A stretch of 19,670 nucleotides of DNA from Deltaproteobacteria bacterium (GTDB lineage Bacteria > Myxococcota_A > Polyangia > Fen-1088). Below the pieces are notes generated by a model, which did no database searches, was not told the DNA's origin, and saw only the letters and a list, made by a program, of their open reading frames with translations. Of this stretch, positions 1-8,105 are shown piece after piece. The position numbers were made by a program, and so were the translations under genes. The stretch covers positions 1 through 19,670 of the forward strand of contig JAWXBF010000165.1 of assembly GCA_034439895.1 (NCBI GenBank), read 5' to 3'. Positions within the stretch are counted from its first letter, which is position 1. Every line of letters begins with the position of its first letter.

Positions 1-288
1 CCGCTGCGACCTCGCCCACCACCACCGCCACCACCGCCGGTACGCTCTTGCGCTTCGTTGACGTTGAGCGTGCGACCTTGGTAGTCGCGACCGTTCAATG
101 CATCAATCGCCGCTGTTGCTTCTGCATCCGAGCTCATCTCGACGAAGCCGAAGCCACGCGGACGACCCGTATCACGATCCGTGACCAACTTACATTCGGC
201 CACCGTACCCGACTGGGCGAACAAGTCGCGCAGTTCGGTCTCGTTGACATTGAAGGACAAATTGCCAACAAACAGTCTCTTACCCATT
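1..288 (-). CDS. RRM-domain glycine-rich RNA-binding protein. The gene is partial: its 3' end runs off the window start.
   Basis: Read by hand from the reverse complement starting at ATG 288..286; it is not in the ORF track because it runs off the edge. Translation: MGKRLFVGNLSFNVNETELRDLFAQSGTVAECKLVTDRDTGRPRGFGFVEMSSDAEATAAIDALNGRDYQGRTLNVNEAQERTGGGGGGGGRGRS. RNP-2 (LFVGNL) and RNP-1 (RGFGFVEM) motifs are present and are followed by a Gly-rich tail. No stop codon appears before position 1. Confidence 0.85.
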
Positions 289-555
289 TTTCGTACCGTC
301 TCTCAGGGGATCCGTTGGAAGAACTCGAATGCTCCGTCGATCCCGATGGACGGCTAACCCGATCAGACTGCCCCACCACCGACGATACCCGGTCTGCCGT
401 GCACCATGCGGGCATCGTTGTTCACAATGTTGCCCCGCTGAGTGAGCCAAAGCTACGCGATCCCGGTCCTTTGTCAACGCAAGGGCCAGCGTACGTCGAG
501 TTCTCGCCGGAGGCCTTCCCGGGCCTCGATTGGCCCGACCGTCTCGTGATAGAGT
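289..555. promoter_or_regulatory. Divergent intergenic region between the RRM gene (minus strand) and the kinase gene (plus strand). It presumably holds both promoters.
   Basis: There is a 267-bp non-coding gap between divergently oriented starts. The ORF-track ORF 48..596 (+) is antisense to the RRM gene and has no recognisable domains. Confidence 0.3.
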
Positions 556-2160
556 TTGGCGATTACAGCTGCATTGCAGCATTCCCCTATGAGTAGCGCG
601 ACCCAACCAACCCTCGCCATCGATCTGCTTCTGGCGGGCACGTATCGCATCACGCGGTTCATTGGCAAAGGCGGGATGGGTGAAGTTTACGAAGCCACAC
701 ACTCCCGCTTGTCGGGACGGTATGCGGTCAAGTTGTTGCGCAAGGAAGTGGGCGCGATAGAGGAAGCCATTCGTCGTTTCAAGCAAGAAGCCGAGATCAC
801 CTCGCGCCTGCGTCATCCCAACATTGTGCAGGTGATCGATTTTGCCCAGATGGATGACGGTGCGGCGTTTATGGTCATGGAGTTCCTCGAAGGCCACGAT
901 CTCGCCGAGGAGTTGCGAATCAAGGGACCTCTCCCGCTTCCACGTGTGCTCGACCTTGCGAATCAAATTGCCAACGGTCTTGCAGCGGCACACGCAGAAG
1001 GGATCGTGCACCGCGATCTCAAGCCGGCTAACATCTTTCTTTCCCCACTGCGCGGGAGCAACCGAGAACTCGCCAAGATCGTGGACTTCGGGATCTCTAA
1101 GATTCGTGCCGCGACGACCGGGCTAACGCAAACGCAGACCATCATTGGCACCCCCCAATACATGGCGCCCGAGCAGGCGCGTGGGTTAACCAAGTCGATC
1201 GATGCCCACACCGATCAGTTCGCTTTTGCCGTGATTGTTTACGAGATGCTGGCAGGCCGCCCCGCATTCGAGGGCGACGGCGTGGCCTCGGTGCTCTACC
1301 AGGTCGTTCACGAGCCAGCGCAGTCTTTGGTCTCGCTTGGTCGTCCGGTTTCTCCCGAAATAGACGCCGTGATCGCGCGCGGCATGTCGAAGAACTCGGC
1401 TGACCGCTATGAAAGCGTTGAGGCATTCACGGCTGCTTTAGCCGAGGCTGCGGGTAGACCGGTCAGTGTGCCTTCGGTGACGGACGATGCTGCATTTCGT
1501 GCTACGGCTTATCTGCCAGGTCCGGCGGCGTTCCCGAATACCCTTACCCCCAGCAACGATCTCGAAGCCAACCGATCGGCCACACAGAAACCAGTGGCGT
1601 CAACCACCACGTTCCGCGATGCCTCGGGTGAACTGGCCCAACTCAACGACGCGGAGGCATTGGTTACGCAGCGGGTGGCGACTCGAAAAAAGAAGCTCGC
1701 GCTCTTCGGCGCCGCGGGTGGCGTCGCCGTTCTTGGCATCCTCGCTGTGTTGTTCTCTAGTAGCGACATCACCACGCAACAAGCTGCAGCGGTCGCGCAG
1801 GCACCTGGGCCAGCGCAATTTACCGCGCCGGCCGCGCCAGCGCCAAGACCCACCGCTCCCACGCTTATCTCTGTCGAGATCGACGGCTCACCGCCCGGAC
1901 TATCCGTCACGGTTGATGGGGTTGCGACCGCACTCCCGCTTGAACTCGCAGCGGGTAGCCAAAAACACCGAGTCGTTTTCAGCGCGCCGGGGTTCGTACC
2001 ACAGCAGCGCATGTTGGGCGGACAACGCGACATCGCTATCGAACTGGCTCTGAAACCCGTTGCGAAACCGCTTCCCGAGCGCCGCAAACCAGCATCGACG
2101 GTTGCGCGGGAAAAGCCCAAACCGAAACGACAAAGTGCAAACGTCGTTACCGATCTTTGA
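556..2160 (+). CDS. Hanks-type Ser/Thr protein kinase with one transmembrane helix and a C-terminal extracytoplasmic PEGA-like domain.
   Basis: Gly-loop GKGGMGEVY, VAIK-like AVKLL, catalytic loop HRDLKPANIFL, DFGISK and GTPQYMAPE are all present. A TM segment LALFGAAGGVAVLGILAVLF follows the kinase domain. The C-terminal block ISVEIDGSPPGLSVTVDGV...VVFSAPGFVPQQ resembles a PEGA domain. Position 556 is a TTG codon; the first ATG is at 589, so the start is uncertain between 556 and 589. Confidence 0.9.
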   Translation: MAITAALQHSPMSSATQPTLAIDLLLAGTYRITRFIGKGGMGEVYEATHSRLSGRYAVKLLRKEVGAIEEAIRRFKQEAEITSRLRHPNIVQVIDFAQMDDGAAFMVMEFLEGHDLAEELRIKGPLPLPRVLDLANQIANGLAAAHAEGIVHRDLKPANIFLSPLRGSNRELAKIVDFGISKIRAATTGLTQTQTIIGTPQYMAPEQARGLTKSIDAHTDQFAFAVIVYEMLAGRPAFEGDGVASVLYQVVHEPAQSLVSLGRPVSPEIDAVIARGMSKNSADRYESVEAFTAALAEAAGRPVSVPSVTDDAAFRATAYLPGPAAFPNTLTPSNDLEANRSATQKPVASTTTFRDASGELAQLNDAEALVTQRVATRKKKLALFGAAGGVAVLGILAVLFSSSDITTQQAAAVAQAPGPAQFTAPAAPAPRPTAPTLISVEIDGSPPGLSVTVDGVATALPLELAAGSQKHRVVFSAPGFVPQQRMLGGQRDIAIELALKPVAKPLPERRKPASTVAREKPKPKRQSANVVTDL

Positions 2161-2238
2161 TCCCGCCATCTTTCCTTGACCCCGCTTTCATGATTTGAAC
2201 GCAGAACAGCCTTCCATCTGTTCGCCCCATCGGTTCCA

Positions 2239-3093
2239 ATGAAAACATATCTTCCACTTCGTACCTTCGGCTCGCTTTTATCGGGGCTCGCCATGTTGCT
2301 CGTCGTCGCGGCGATAGGCCCTGCCAGCGCAGTGGCGCAGACCGCAAAGGAAAAAGCCCGTGCCTCTGCACTTCTGAAAGAAGGGGCGGCCTTCCTCAGT
2401 GACAAGGAATACGAGGATGCGCTCGGGAAATTCGAGGCGGCCTACGCCGTCGTTCCATCGCCGAAGATCTTGTTCAACGTGGGCCTCGCCAATGAAGGAT
2501 TGGCTCGACCCGTCCGGGCACTGCGGGCCTTCAATGAATACCTGGCAGGCGCCACCAGCGACACCGCTGAACGTCGCAAGGAAGCGACCGACCACATCGT
2601 CGTTCTAAAAACGAAAGTGGCCTTGGTCGTGATTCAAGCCGATCTCGACGGCGCCCACATTTCCATTGACGGCGAAGACTCGGGCACTACACCACTGTCG
2701 AACGCGATCGCGGTGGAACCTGGAAACCACCAGATTGTCGTCCAAGCCTCGACCGGCAAACCCTGGACACAGGCCATCAAAGCCCTCGCCGGCAGCACAA
2801 TGAGACTGGACGCGACGGTCAAGGAAGTGCCTGCACAAACGGTAGGCACGGCATCGGTGGTTGGTTCATCCCCGGTTCCAACCGTCGCCAATTCACCTGA
2901 CAACGCCAATACCGAACTCACGGCATCCGCAACACATCCGCAAGACGATGGTCGGTTTTATACGAAGGGCTGGTTTTGGGGCGTCACGGGCGCGGTCGTC
3001 GTGGCTGGCGTGGTAACCGCAATCGTGCTGAGCAGTGGTGGAACGACCACGGAATACGAATGTCCGGCAGGCATTCCTTGTATCAATCGCTAA
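2239..3093 (+). CDS. Secreted, membrane-anchored protein with a TPR-like region, a PEGA domain and a C-terminal TM helix.
   Basis: ATG at 2239. N-terminal signal peptide (LLSGLAMLLVVAAIGPASAVAQ). TPR-like helices (EYEDALGKFEAAYAVVPSPKILFNVGLANEGL). PEGA-like block (ISIDGEDSGTTPLSNAIAVEPGNHQIVV). C-terminal hydrophobic anchor (WFWGVTGAVVVAGVVTAIVL). Confidence 0.7.
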   Translation: MKTYLPLRTFGSLLSGLAMLLVVAAIGPASAVAQTAKEKARASALLKEGAAFLSDKEYEDALGKFEAAYAVVPSPKILFNVGLANEGLARPVRALRAFNEYLAGATSDTAERRKEATDHIVVLKTKVALVVIQADLDGAHISIDGEDSGTTPLSNAIAVEPGNHQIVVQASTGKPWTQAIKALAGSTMRLDATVKEVPAQTVGTASVVGSSPVPTVANSPDNANTELTASATHPQDDGRFYTKGWFWGVTGAVVVAGVVTAIVLSSGGTTTEYECPAGIPCINR

Positions 3094-3113
3094 CAACGAA
3101 AAACCTATCCATC

Positions 3114-5762
3114 ATGCACTTCGGTCAATTTTTTCGTTTACTTCGCCGGGCTTCGGCTCTCGTCGCGTTCGCCCTCCTTGCCGCAACCGGCGGCTGCAAC
3201 AATACCGAAACGGACCAAACCTCGGTCGTGGTCGAAGTCCGAAGTGAATTTGCAGCGGGGGCTGAACTGGATGTTGTCCGGGTCTCGCTTTCGTCCGGGA
3301 AGAAGGTCGAATACGCGCTCGGGCCCAACGCAGCGCTCGGCCAACGCACGTTTCCCCTCGTCTTCGGGATCGTGCCCGAAAAAGATCCCAACGAAACCTT
3401 CACCATTGATGTGGAGGGATTACTAAATGGAACTGTCGTAGTCAAAACCGGCGCCGATGCAAAATTCGAGAAAGGCTCACCGCACTATCTGGTACTCATG
3501 TTGCACAAAGCCTGCGCCAACAAGATCAATTGCGAAGGCGGTTTGGTCTGCGGCATGGACGGTTCCTGCAGCGTAAGCCGTGCGCGCGGGCCACTGCCCG
3601 TCTACATCCGACCGGACGGCCCAAACAATGACGGAGGGGTAAGCACGCCCGACGGTGGCGCCTGTACCCCAACCACATGTGCTGCGCTTGGCAATAATTG
3701 TGGGCAAGTACCCGATGGTTGCGGCGGCACGCTGGAATGCGGAATCTGCACCGGGTTCGAGCAGTGTGGAGGTGGCGGAACCACCAATGTCTGCGGATGC
3801 AGCAACGCAACCTGTGCTGCGCTTGGCAAGACCTGTGGGACGATCCCAAATGGCTGCGGTGGCACCGTAGCCTGCGGAGAATGTCCGGGTGGCCAATATT
3901 GTGGCGGTGACGGTACCGCCAATACCTGCGGTTCCAGTCCGTGCACACCCGCGACCTGCGATGCGATCGGTAAGAATTGCGGGCCGGTCTCGGATGGATG
4001 TGCCTCCACGATCGACTGTGGAAAATGCACCGATCCCAAATCCTGTGGCGGTGGCGGAACCGCCAACGTATGCGGATGCACCCCAACGACATGCTCGGCA
4101 GCGGGAGCAAATTGTGGTGCCGTACCGGACCGATGTGGTGGCATCCTCGACTGCGGGGCATGCGCTCAGCCAAACTCGTGTGGCGGCGGCAAAGCGGGCG
4201 CAAATATTTGCGGGTGCACGGCGGCGACCTGTGCGTCGCTTGGGAAAAACTGTGGCACGGTTTCCGATGGTTGCGCTGGTACGCTCTACTGCGGCGATTG
4301 CACCAACGGTCAGATCTGTGGCGGCGGTGGTCCGAACATTTGTGGTGCCGAAGCGTGCGTCCCCACCACCTGTCAGGCCAAGGGCGCAAACTGCGGGACC
4401 ATTTCTGATGGCTGCGGCGGCACACTCAATTGCGGTAGCACTTGCCCCGCCAACACGAGTTGTGGCGGCGGTGGAGCCGTGAACGTTTGCGGTTGCACGC
4501 CAACCACCTGCCAGGCGCAAAGTAAAAACTGCGGCAACATTCCCGACGGCTGCGGCGGGACACTGAACTGTGGCAATGCTTGTCCCGCAAACACGACCTG
4601 CGGCGGCGGCGGAACCACGAATGTGTGCGGGTGCACACCGGTTTCTTGTTCCGGATTGGGAAAGAACTGTGGCGGATTGTCGAACGGATGCGGTCTGACC
4701 CTGGACTGCGGCACCTGCCCCATGAGCCAAAGTTGTGGCGGGGACGGGACGGCAAACGTCTGTGGTACCAAACCTTGTGTACCGACGAGTTGCAGTGCGC
4801 AAGGCAAGAATTGCGGCACCATTTCCGATGGATGCGGGGTTACGCTTAACTGCGGATCCTGTTCGGGGGTGAACACTTGCAACGGCGGCGGAACCGCCAA
4901 CGTTTGTGGTTGCCAGCCGACGTCGTGTTCAGCACAGGGCAAAAATTGCGGAAATATCGCCGACGGCTGCGGAAACATGCTCAATTGCGGCTCAACGGCT
5001 TGTTCGGGATTGAACACGTGCGGTGGGGGCGGAAGCGCGAATGTTTGCGGATGCGCAGCCTCGAATGCCGGTGCAACTTGCAACGGCGGATGTGGTACGA
5101 TTCAGTGCAACGGTTCTTGCTCCACGAACGTCGCAGGAGCAGGCAACACGTGCGCCGGCGGCTGCGGCACGATTCAGTGTTCCGGGCAGTGTAACGCGAC
5201 GGCTCCTGCTACGCTGGGCGCAGTGTGCGGGTGTCGCAACACGGGTACCATCCAGTGCAACGGAGCGTGTTCTGTGGGCCAGTGTGGGCCGGGCGAACAG
5301 TGTTCCACCGGGGCAGACTGCGCCTCCTATGACTGCCTCACCATGTTCTCAGACGCCGACGGCGACGGATTCGGAAACGGCGCCTCCGCCACCGGTAGAT
5401 GTGACGGGGTCGGAGCGGGTGTGGTGGGCAACGGTTCGGATTGTTGCGACTCCGACGCGTACGCATTTCCGGGACAAACGCAATATTTCCAGGCTCCCAG
5501 CAATTGCGGGGACCATAACTACGACTGCAATGGCCTGACAGACGTCATCTTCTGGGACACCTCGAACGGCCAACCGACTGGCGACCCACGACCCCTCAGG
5601 GTCTATTGCGACACCGCGACCTGCGTTGGATTCAACTACCAATGCTATTGGGCGGGGTCGTTCGAGCAGTGCGGCGATATTTATTCCTACGACATCGTTA
5701 TCGAAAACGGTTGCTACTTTTTTGGACTGCAGCAGACGAGTACCGTCTTGATGTGTCGATAA
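3114..5762 (+). CDS. Large cysteine-rich tandem-repeat lipoprotein: 10 x ~45 aa repeats with 8 Cys each, a short CGTIQC repeat block and a C-terminal MopE-like putative metal-binding motif.
   Basis: The likely true start is ATG 3114 (MHFGQFFRLLRRASALVAFALLAATGGCNN, a lipoprotein-type signal with Cys after LAATGG). The track start at 2976 would overlap the upstream gene. The repeat unit is CTPTTCAALGKNCGxVPDGCGGTLxCGxCxxxxxCGGGGTANVCG. The C-terminus reads DADGDGFGNG...DCCDSDAYAFPGQ...NCGDHNYDCNG. Stop at 5760..5762. Confidence 0.85.
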   Translation: MHFGQFFRLLRRASALVAFALLAATGGCNNTETDQTSVVVEVRSEFAAGAELDVVRVSLSSGKKVEYALGPNAALGQRTFPLVFGIVPEKDPNETFTIDVEGLLNGTVVVKTGADAKFEKGSPHYLVLMLHKACANKINCEGGLVCGMDGSCSVSRARGPLPVYIRPDGPNNDGGVSTPDGGACTPTTCAALGNNCGQVPDGCGGTLECGICTGFEQCGGGGTTNVCGCSNATCAALGKTCGTIPNGCGGTVACGECPGGQYCGGDGTANTCGSSPCTPATCDAIGKNCGPVSDGCASTIDCGKCTDPKSCGGGGTANVCGCTPTTCSAAGANCGAVPDRCGGILDCGACAQPNSCGGGKAGANICGCTAATCASLGKNCGTVSDGCAGTLYCGDCTNGQICGGGGPNICGAEACVPTTCQAKGANCGTISDGCGGTLNCGSTCPANTSCGGGGAVNVCGCTPTTCQAQSKNCGNIPDGCGGTLNCGNACPANTTCGGGGTTNVCGCTPVSCSGLGKNCGGLSNGCGLTLDCGTCPMSQSCGGDGTANVCGTKPCVPTSCSAQGKNCGTISDGCGVTLNCGSCSGVNTCNGGGTANVCGCQPTSCSAQGKNCGNIADGCGNMLNCGSTACSGLNTCGGGGSANVCGCAASNAGATCNGGCGTIQCNGSCSTNVAGAGNTCAGGCGTIQCSGQCNATAPATLGAVCGCRNTGTIQCNGACSVGQCGPGEQCSTGADCASYDCLTMFSDADGDGFGNGASATGRCDGVGAGVVGNGSDCCDSDAYAFPGQTQYFQAPSNCGDHNYDCNGLTDVIFWDTSNGQPTGDPRPLRVYCDTATCVGFNYQCYWAGSFEQCGDIYSYDIVIENGCYFFGLQQTSTVLMCR
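3663..5052 (+). repeat. In-frame tandem DNA repeat of about 10 copies with a ~135-141 bp period, encoding the Cys-rich protein repeats.
   Basis: The string tgtgctgcgcttggcaa recurs at 3678 and 3813, a 135-bp period. The block ggcggcggtgg / aatgtttgcgg recurs throughout. A second short repeat (GCGTIQCNG-encoding) occurs three times in 5086..5260. Confidence 0.85.
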
Positions 5763-5794
5763 TCGCGTCACGTACAGTCCCCGATTGATCGTGA

Positions 5795-6706
5795 ATGTTG
5801 ACCTGGTTGATGCTTGGAGCCTTGACTACTTCGGGTTTCAACCTGCAGTGGTCTGCGCCAGCCACGTGTCCTGAAGAAGCCGAGGTCAACGCCCGCATCG
5901 TCGGCTACCTCGGCGGGGCTACCCCCGTCAACACAGGGAACGCGAACGCCTCAGCCGAGGTCACGATGGTAGGCGCGCAGTTTCGGGTCCTGATCCATTC
6001 CAATCTCGGAGCCGCCCCGGGAGAACGAATCCTTGCAGGCGAAACCTGTGATGCGGTTGCGGACGCCGTCGCGCTAATCCTTGCGATGATGATTGATCCC
6101 GATGCCGTTCGCGGCGCACCGAGCGAACCGGCGCCGATCACGGCACCCGCCGCCGTTGCTGTCGCTGTCCCCCTCCCACTGCCCTCAAACAACCCCTCCC
6201 ATCTTTCAATCGAAGCGGGCGTCGTTTCGGGAATTGGAGTTCTTCCCGAACTCGCATTCGGAGTTCGCCTGGGACTCGGTGTATCCACGGGAAACTGGAC
6301 CGCAAGCGTGGCCGCGCAATTTTGGTCTGAATCGACGCGACACGTGCCGCTCGACCACACAGTCGGCGGGCGCTTCTCGCGAACCTCTTTGGGGATCCGT
6401 GTTACCCGAAACTGGCTCCTTTGGCGAACCTTGTCAGGTCGCGTCGGACTGGGCACCGACGGCGTTCGAACAACCGCACGTGGCTTCGGCGTTTCGGATC
6501 CCGGCGAGGCCAGCTCGATCGGGCTCGAACCCCTTGTGACAACGGGCCTCCAGTGGGAGGTAGCGCATTGGGTGGCCCTTCAATCCGAAATACTGGCGGG
6601 CTTGCCTTTATACCGTCCGCAATTCACGCTGATTGACCGGGGCCAAGTTTGGCGTCCCGCTGTGGCACAGATAACCTGGGGATTCAGCGCTGTGCTTCGA
6701 TTTTGA
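5795..6706 (+). CDS. Hypothetical Gly/Ala/Val/Trp-rich protein with a beta-strand-like C-terminal half ending in Phe. No canonical signal peptide.
   Basis: ATG at 5795 comes immediately after an in-frame TGA at 5792..5794, so no upstream extension is possible. The C-terminal half shows alternating hydrophobic patterns (IEAGVVSGIGVLPELAFGVRLGLGV, FSRTSLGIRVTRNW, QITWGFSAVLRF) and the protein ends in F. Overlapping ORFs 5905..6456 (-) and 6093..6539 (+) were judged artefacts. Function is unknown. Confidence 0.5.
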   Translation: MLTWLMLGALTTSGFNLQWSAPATCPEEAEVNARIVGYLGGATPVNTGNANASAEVTMVGAQFRVLIHSNLGAAPGERILAGETCDAVADAVALILAMMIDPDAVRGAPSEPAPITAPAAVAVAVPLPLPSNNPSHLSIEAGVVSGIGVLPELAFGVRLGLGVSTGNWTASVAAQFWSESTRHVPLDHTVGGRFSRTSLGIRVTRNWLLWRTLSGRVGLGTDGVRTTARGFGVSDPGEASSIGLEPLVTTGLQWEVAHWVALQSEILAGLPLYRPQFTLIDRGQVWRPAVAQITWGFSAVLRF

Positions 6707-6756
6707 TCACGAATCCAGCGGCCGACGGCCACACACTCACAAGTCCTTTTCCGCCA

Positions 6757-7401
6757 ATGGCGTCCCACCTTCCCACCCCGCTTCCAAACCCGCTCGTCGT
6801 GAGCGAAGGCCAAAGCCATGCGGGCGTGACGACACTGAGCGACATTTACGAGGCTCATTTTGATTTTGTGTGGCGGAACCTGCGCCGCATGGGCGTGCCC
6901 GATGCGGCGGCCGAGGATGCAGCACAGGATGTTTTTCTGGTCGCACACCGTCGGCTTTCGGATTTTCAACATCGCTCCAGCGTGACGACCTGGCTGTTCG
7001 GAATCTTGTTGCGGGTCGCGAGCGACTACCGTCGTACGAATTCCCGCCACAATGCGCGACTGGCAAGTGTTCGAATCGACAGCTCGGCGGCAATCCAACA
7101 GGAAACGACGCCGCATGATTTGCTTTCCCGCTCGCGCGCGGTGCGCCTTCTACAAACCCTGCTCGACACCCTCGAAGACGACAAGCGCGCCATCTTCGTG
7201 ATGGTGGAACTTGAAGAGATCTCGGTCAGCGAGGCCGCAAAGACGATGAGTTTGAACAACAACACAGCGCATGCTCGTTTGCGCGCAGCTCGAAGCCAGT
7301 TTCAGGAAGCACTGGCGGCGCACCGTTCGCGCGACGTCGAAATGCAAGCGAAGGCCCCCGTTGCGGGAGGGCTCGTGCCCACAAGGAGAGACGTTCCATG
7401 A
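6757..7401 (+). CDS. ECF (extracytoplasmic function) sigma-70 family RNA polymerase sigma factor.
   Basis: Region 2 (DIYEAHFDFVWRNLRRMGVPDAAAEDAAQDVFLVAHRRLSDF...TWLFGILLRVASDY) and region 4 HTH (ISVSEAAKTMSLNNNTAHARLRAARSQF) are both present. I chose ATG 6757 because it lies after the upstream gene's stop at 6704..6706. The track start 6649 is a TTG that overlaps the upstream gene. Confidence 0.9.
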   Translation: MASHLPTPLPNPLVVSEGQSHAGVTTLSDIYEAHFDFVWRNLRRMGVPDAAAEDAAQDVFLVAHRRLSDFQHRSSVTTWLFGILLRVASDYRRTNSRHNARLASVRIDSSAAIQQETTPHDLLSRSRAVRLLQTLLDTLEDDKRAIFVMVELEEISVSEAAKTMSLNNNTAHARLRAARSQFQEALAAHRSRDVEMQAKAPVAGGLVPTRRDVP

Positions 7402-8105
7402 CTGATCGATTGAACCAAGAATCATTGGCTCTGATCGCGGCCGCTCGGAATTTCGAGCGAGCACCGCCGGAAAGTCAAGCCCGCGTCCACCGAGGTCTTG
7501 TCATGAAGCTGGGTGCGGCTGGACTCGGCGCAACCTTGCCCACCACAGCACTCGCCACCACTGGGGCAATCTCCACCCTTTTCAAAGTTGCGCTGGTTGT
7601 GTCGGTCATCGGTGGCGTCGGCGGAATTGCGTACCAGCAATATGCCCCTCGAAGCACGGCGCCGATTCAAACCGCAGCAGCAGAAATCGTGACACCAGCG
7701 GTGACCCCCGTTGCAATGCCTGCACGTCCGGCGACCGTTGTTCCTGAAATCGACCCAATCCGAGTGACCCCGACTCCCAGAAATCCCGTGCGACGATTGG
7801 CTATACCCGAAGCCGATCTCAATCACCTTGCCGAAGAAACGGCGTCCCTCGCGGAGATCCGCACAAAAATGCGGGGTGGTTTGCACCGCGAAGCCTTGCT
7901 GGGTCTTGAAAAATACCATTCTCGATTTCCATTCGGTCTCTTGCGTGAAGAAAGTGAAGCCACCCGCGTACAGCTTTGGAATGAACAGGGCGACCACCCG
8001 CAAGCCTGTCGTCTGGCCCGGGTATTCCTGAAAAAGTGGCCTCGTTCTCCCCATCGTGCTCGCATGCGCGAAGTTTGCGATGAGCCCCCGATCTCGAAGC
8101 CATGA
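7398..8105 (+). CDS. Single-pass membrane anti-sigma factor, the cognate of the upstream ECF sigma.
   Basis: There is an ATGA start/stop overlap with the sigma gene (atg 7398, tga 7399..7401). An SD-like aaggagag lies 8-10 nt upstream inside the sigma coding end. The protein has a short cytoplasmic N-terminus, a TM helix FKVALVVSVIGGVGGIAY and a periplasmic C-terminus. No ZAS HxxxCxxC motif is present. Confidence 0.7.
   Translation: MTDRLNQESLALIAAARNFERAPPESQARVHRGLVMKLGAAGLGATLPTTALATTGAISTLFKVALVVSVIGGVGGIAYQQYAPRSTAPIQTAAAEIVTPAVTPVAMPARPATVVPEIDPIRVTPTPRNPVRRLAIPEADLNHLAEETASLAEIRTKMRGGLHREALLGLEKYHSRFPFGLLREESEATRVQLWNEQGDHPQACRLARVFLKKWPRSPHRARMREVCDEPPISKP

Noticed and set aside
48-596. 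Plus-strand ORF of 182 aa and the minus-strand ORF 280..1011.
   Set aside because: ORF 48..596 is antisense to the clearly recognisable RRM gene, and ORF 280..1011 is antisense to the kinase N-terminus. Neither has a domain signature. Both are typical high-GC spurious ORFs.
3663-5052. Possibility that the regular 135-bp repeat array is a CRISPR or another non-coding array.
   Set aside because: The repeats are contiguous with no unique spacers, are in-frame, and encode a conserved Cys spacing within a single long ORF. The period is a multiple of 3.
3477-5083. Long minus-strand ORFs (3477..4802, 3526..4425, 3602..4144, 4373..5083) and plus-strand out-of-frame ORFs (3889..4482, 3977..4408) inside the Cys-repeat gene.
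   Set aside because: They are antisense or frame-shifted readings of a GC-rich 135-bp tandem repeat. Their repetitive Arg/His/Pro/Gln-rich low-complexity translations have no start context. The sense frame gives a coherent lipoprotein with a conserved Cys pattern.
5905-6539. ORFs 5905..6456 (-) and 6093..6539 (+) overlapping the 303-aa gene.
   Set aside because: They are mutually exclusive with the longer plus-strand ORF. That longer ORF is contiguous with neighbouring genes and has a structured C-terminal half. The alternatives are Pro/Arg-rich low-complexity.
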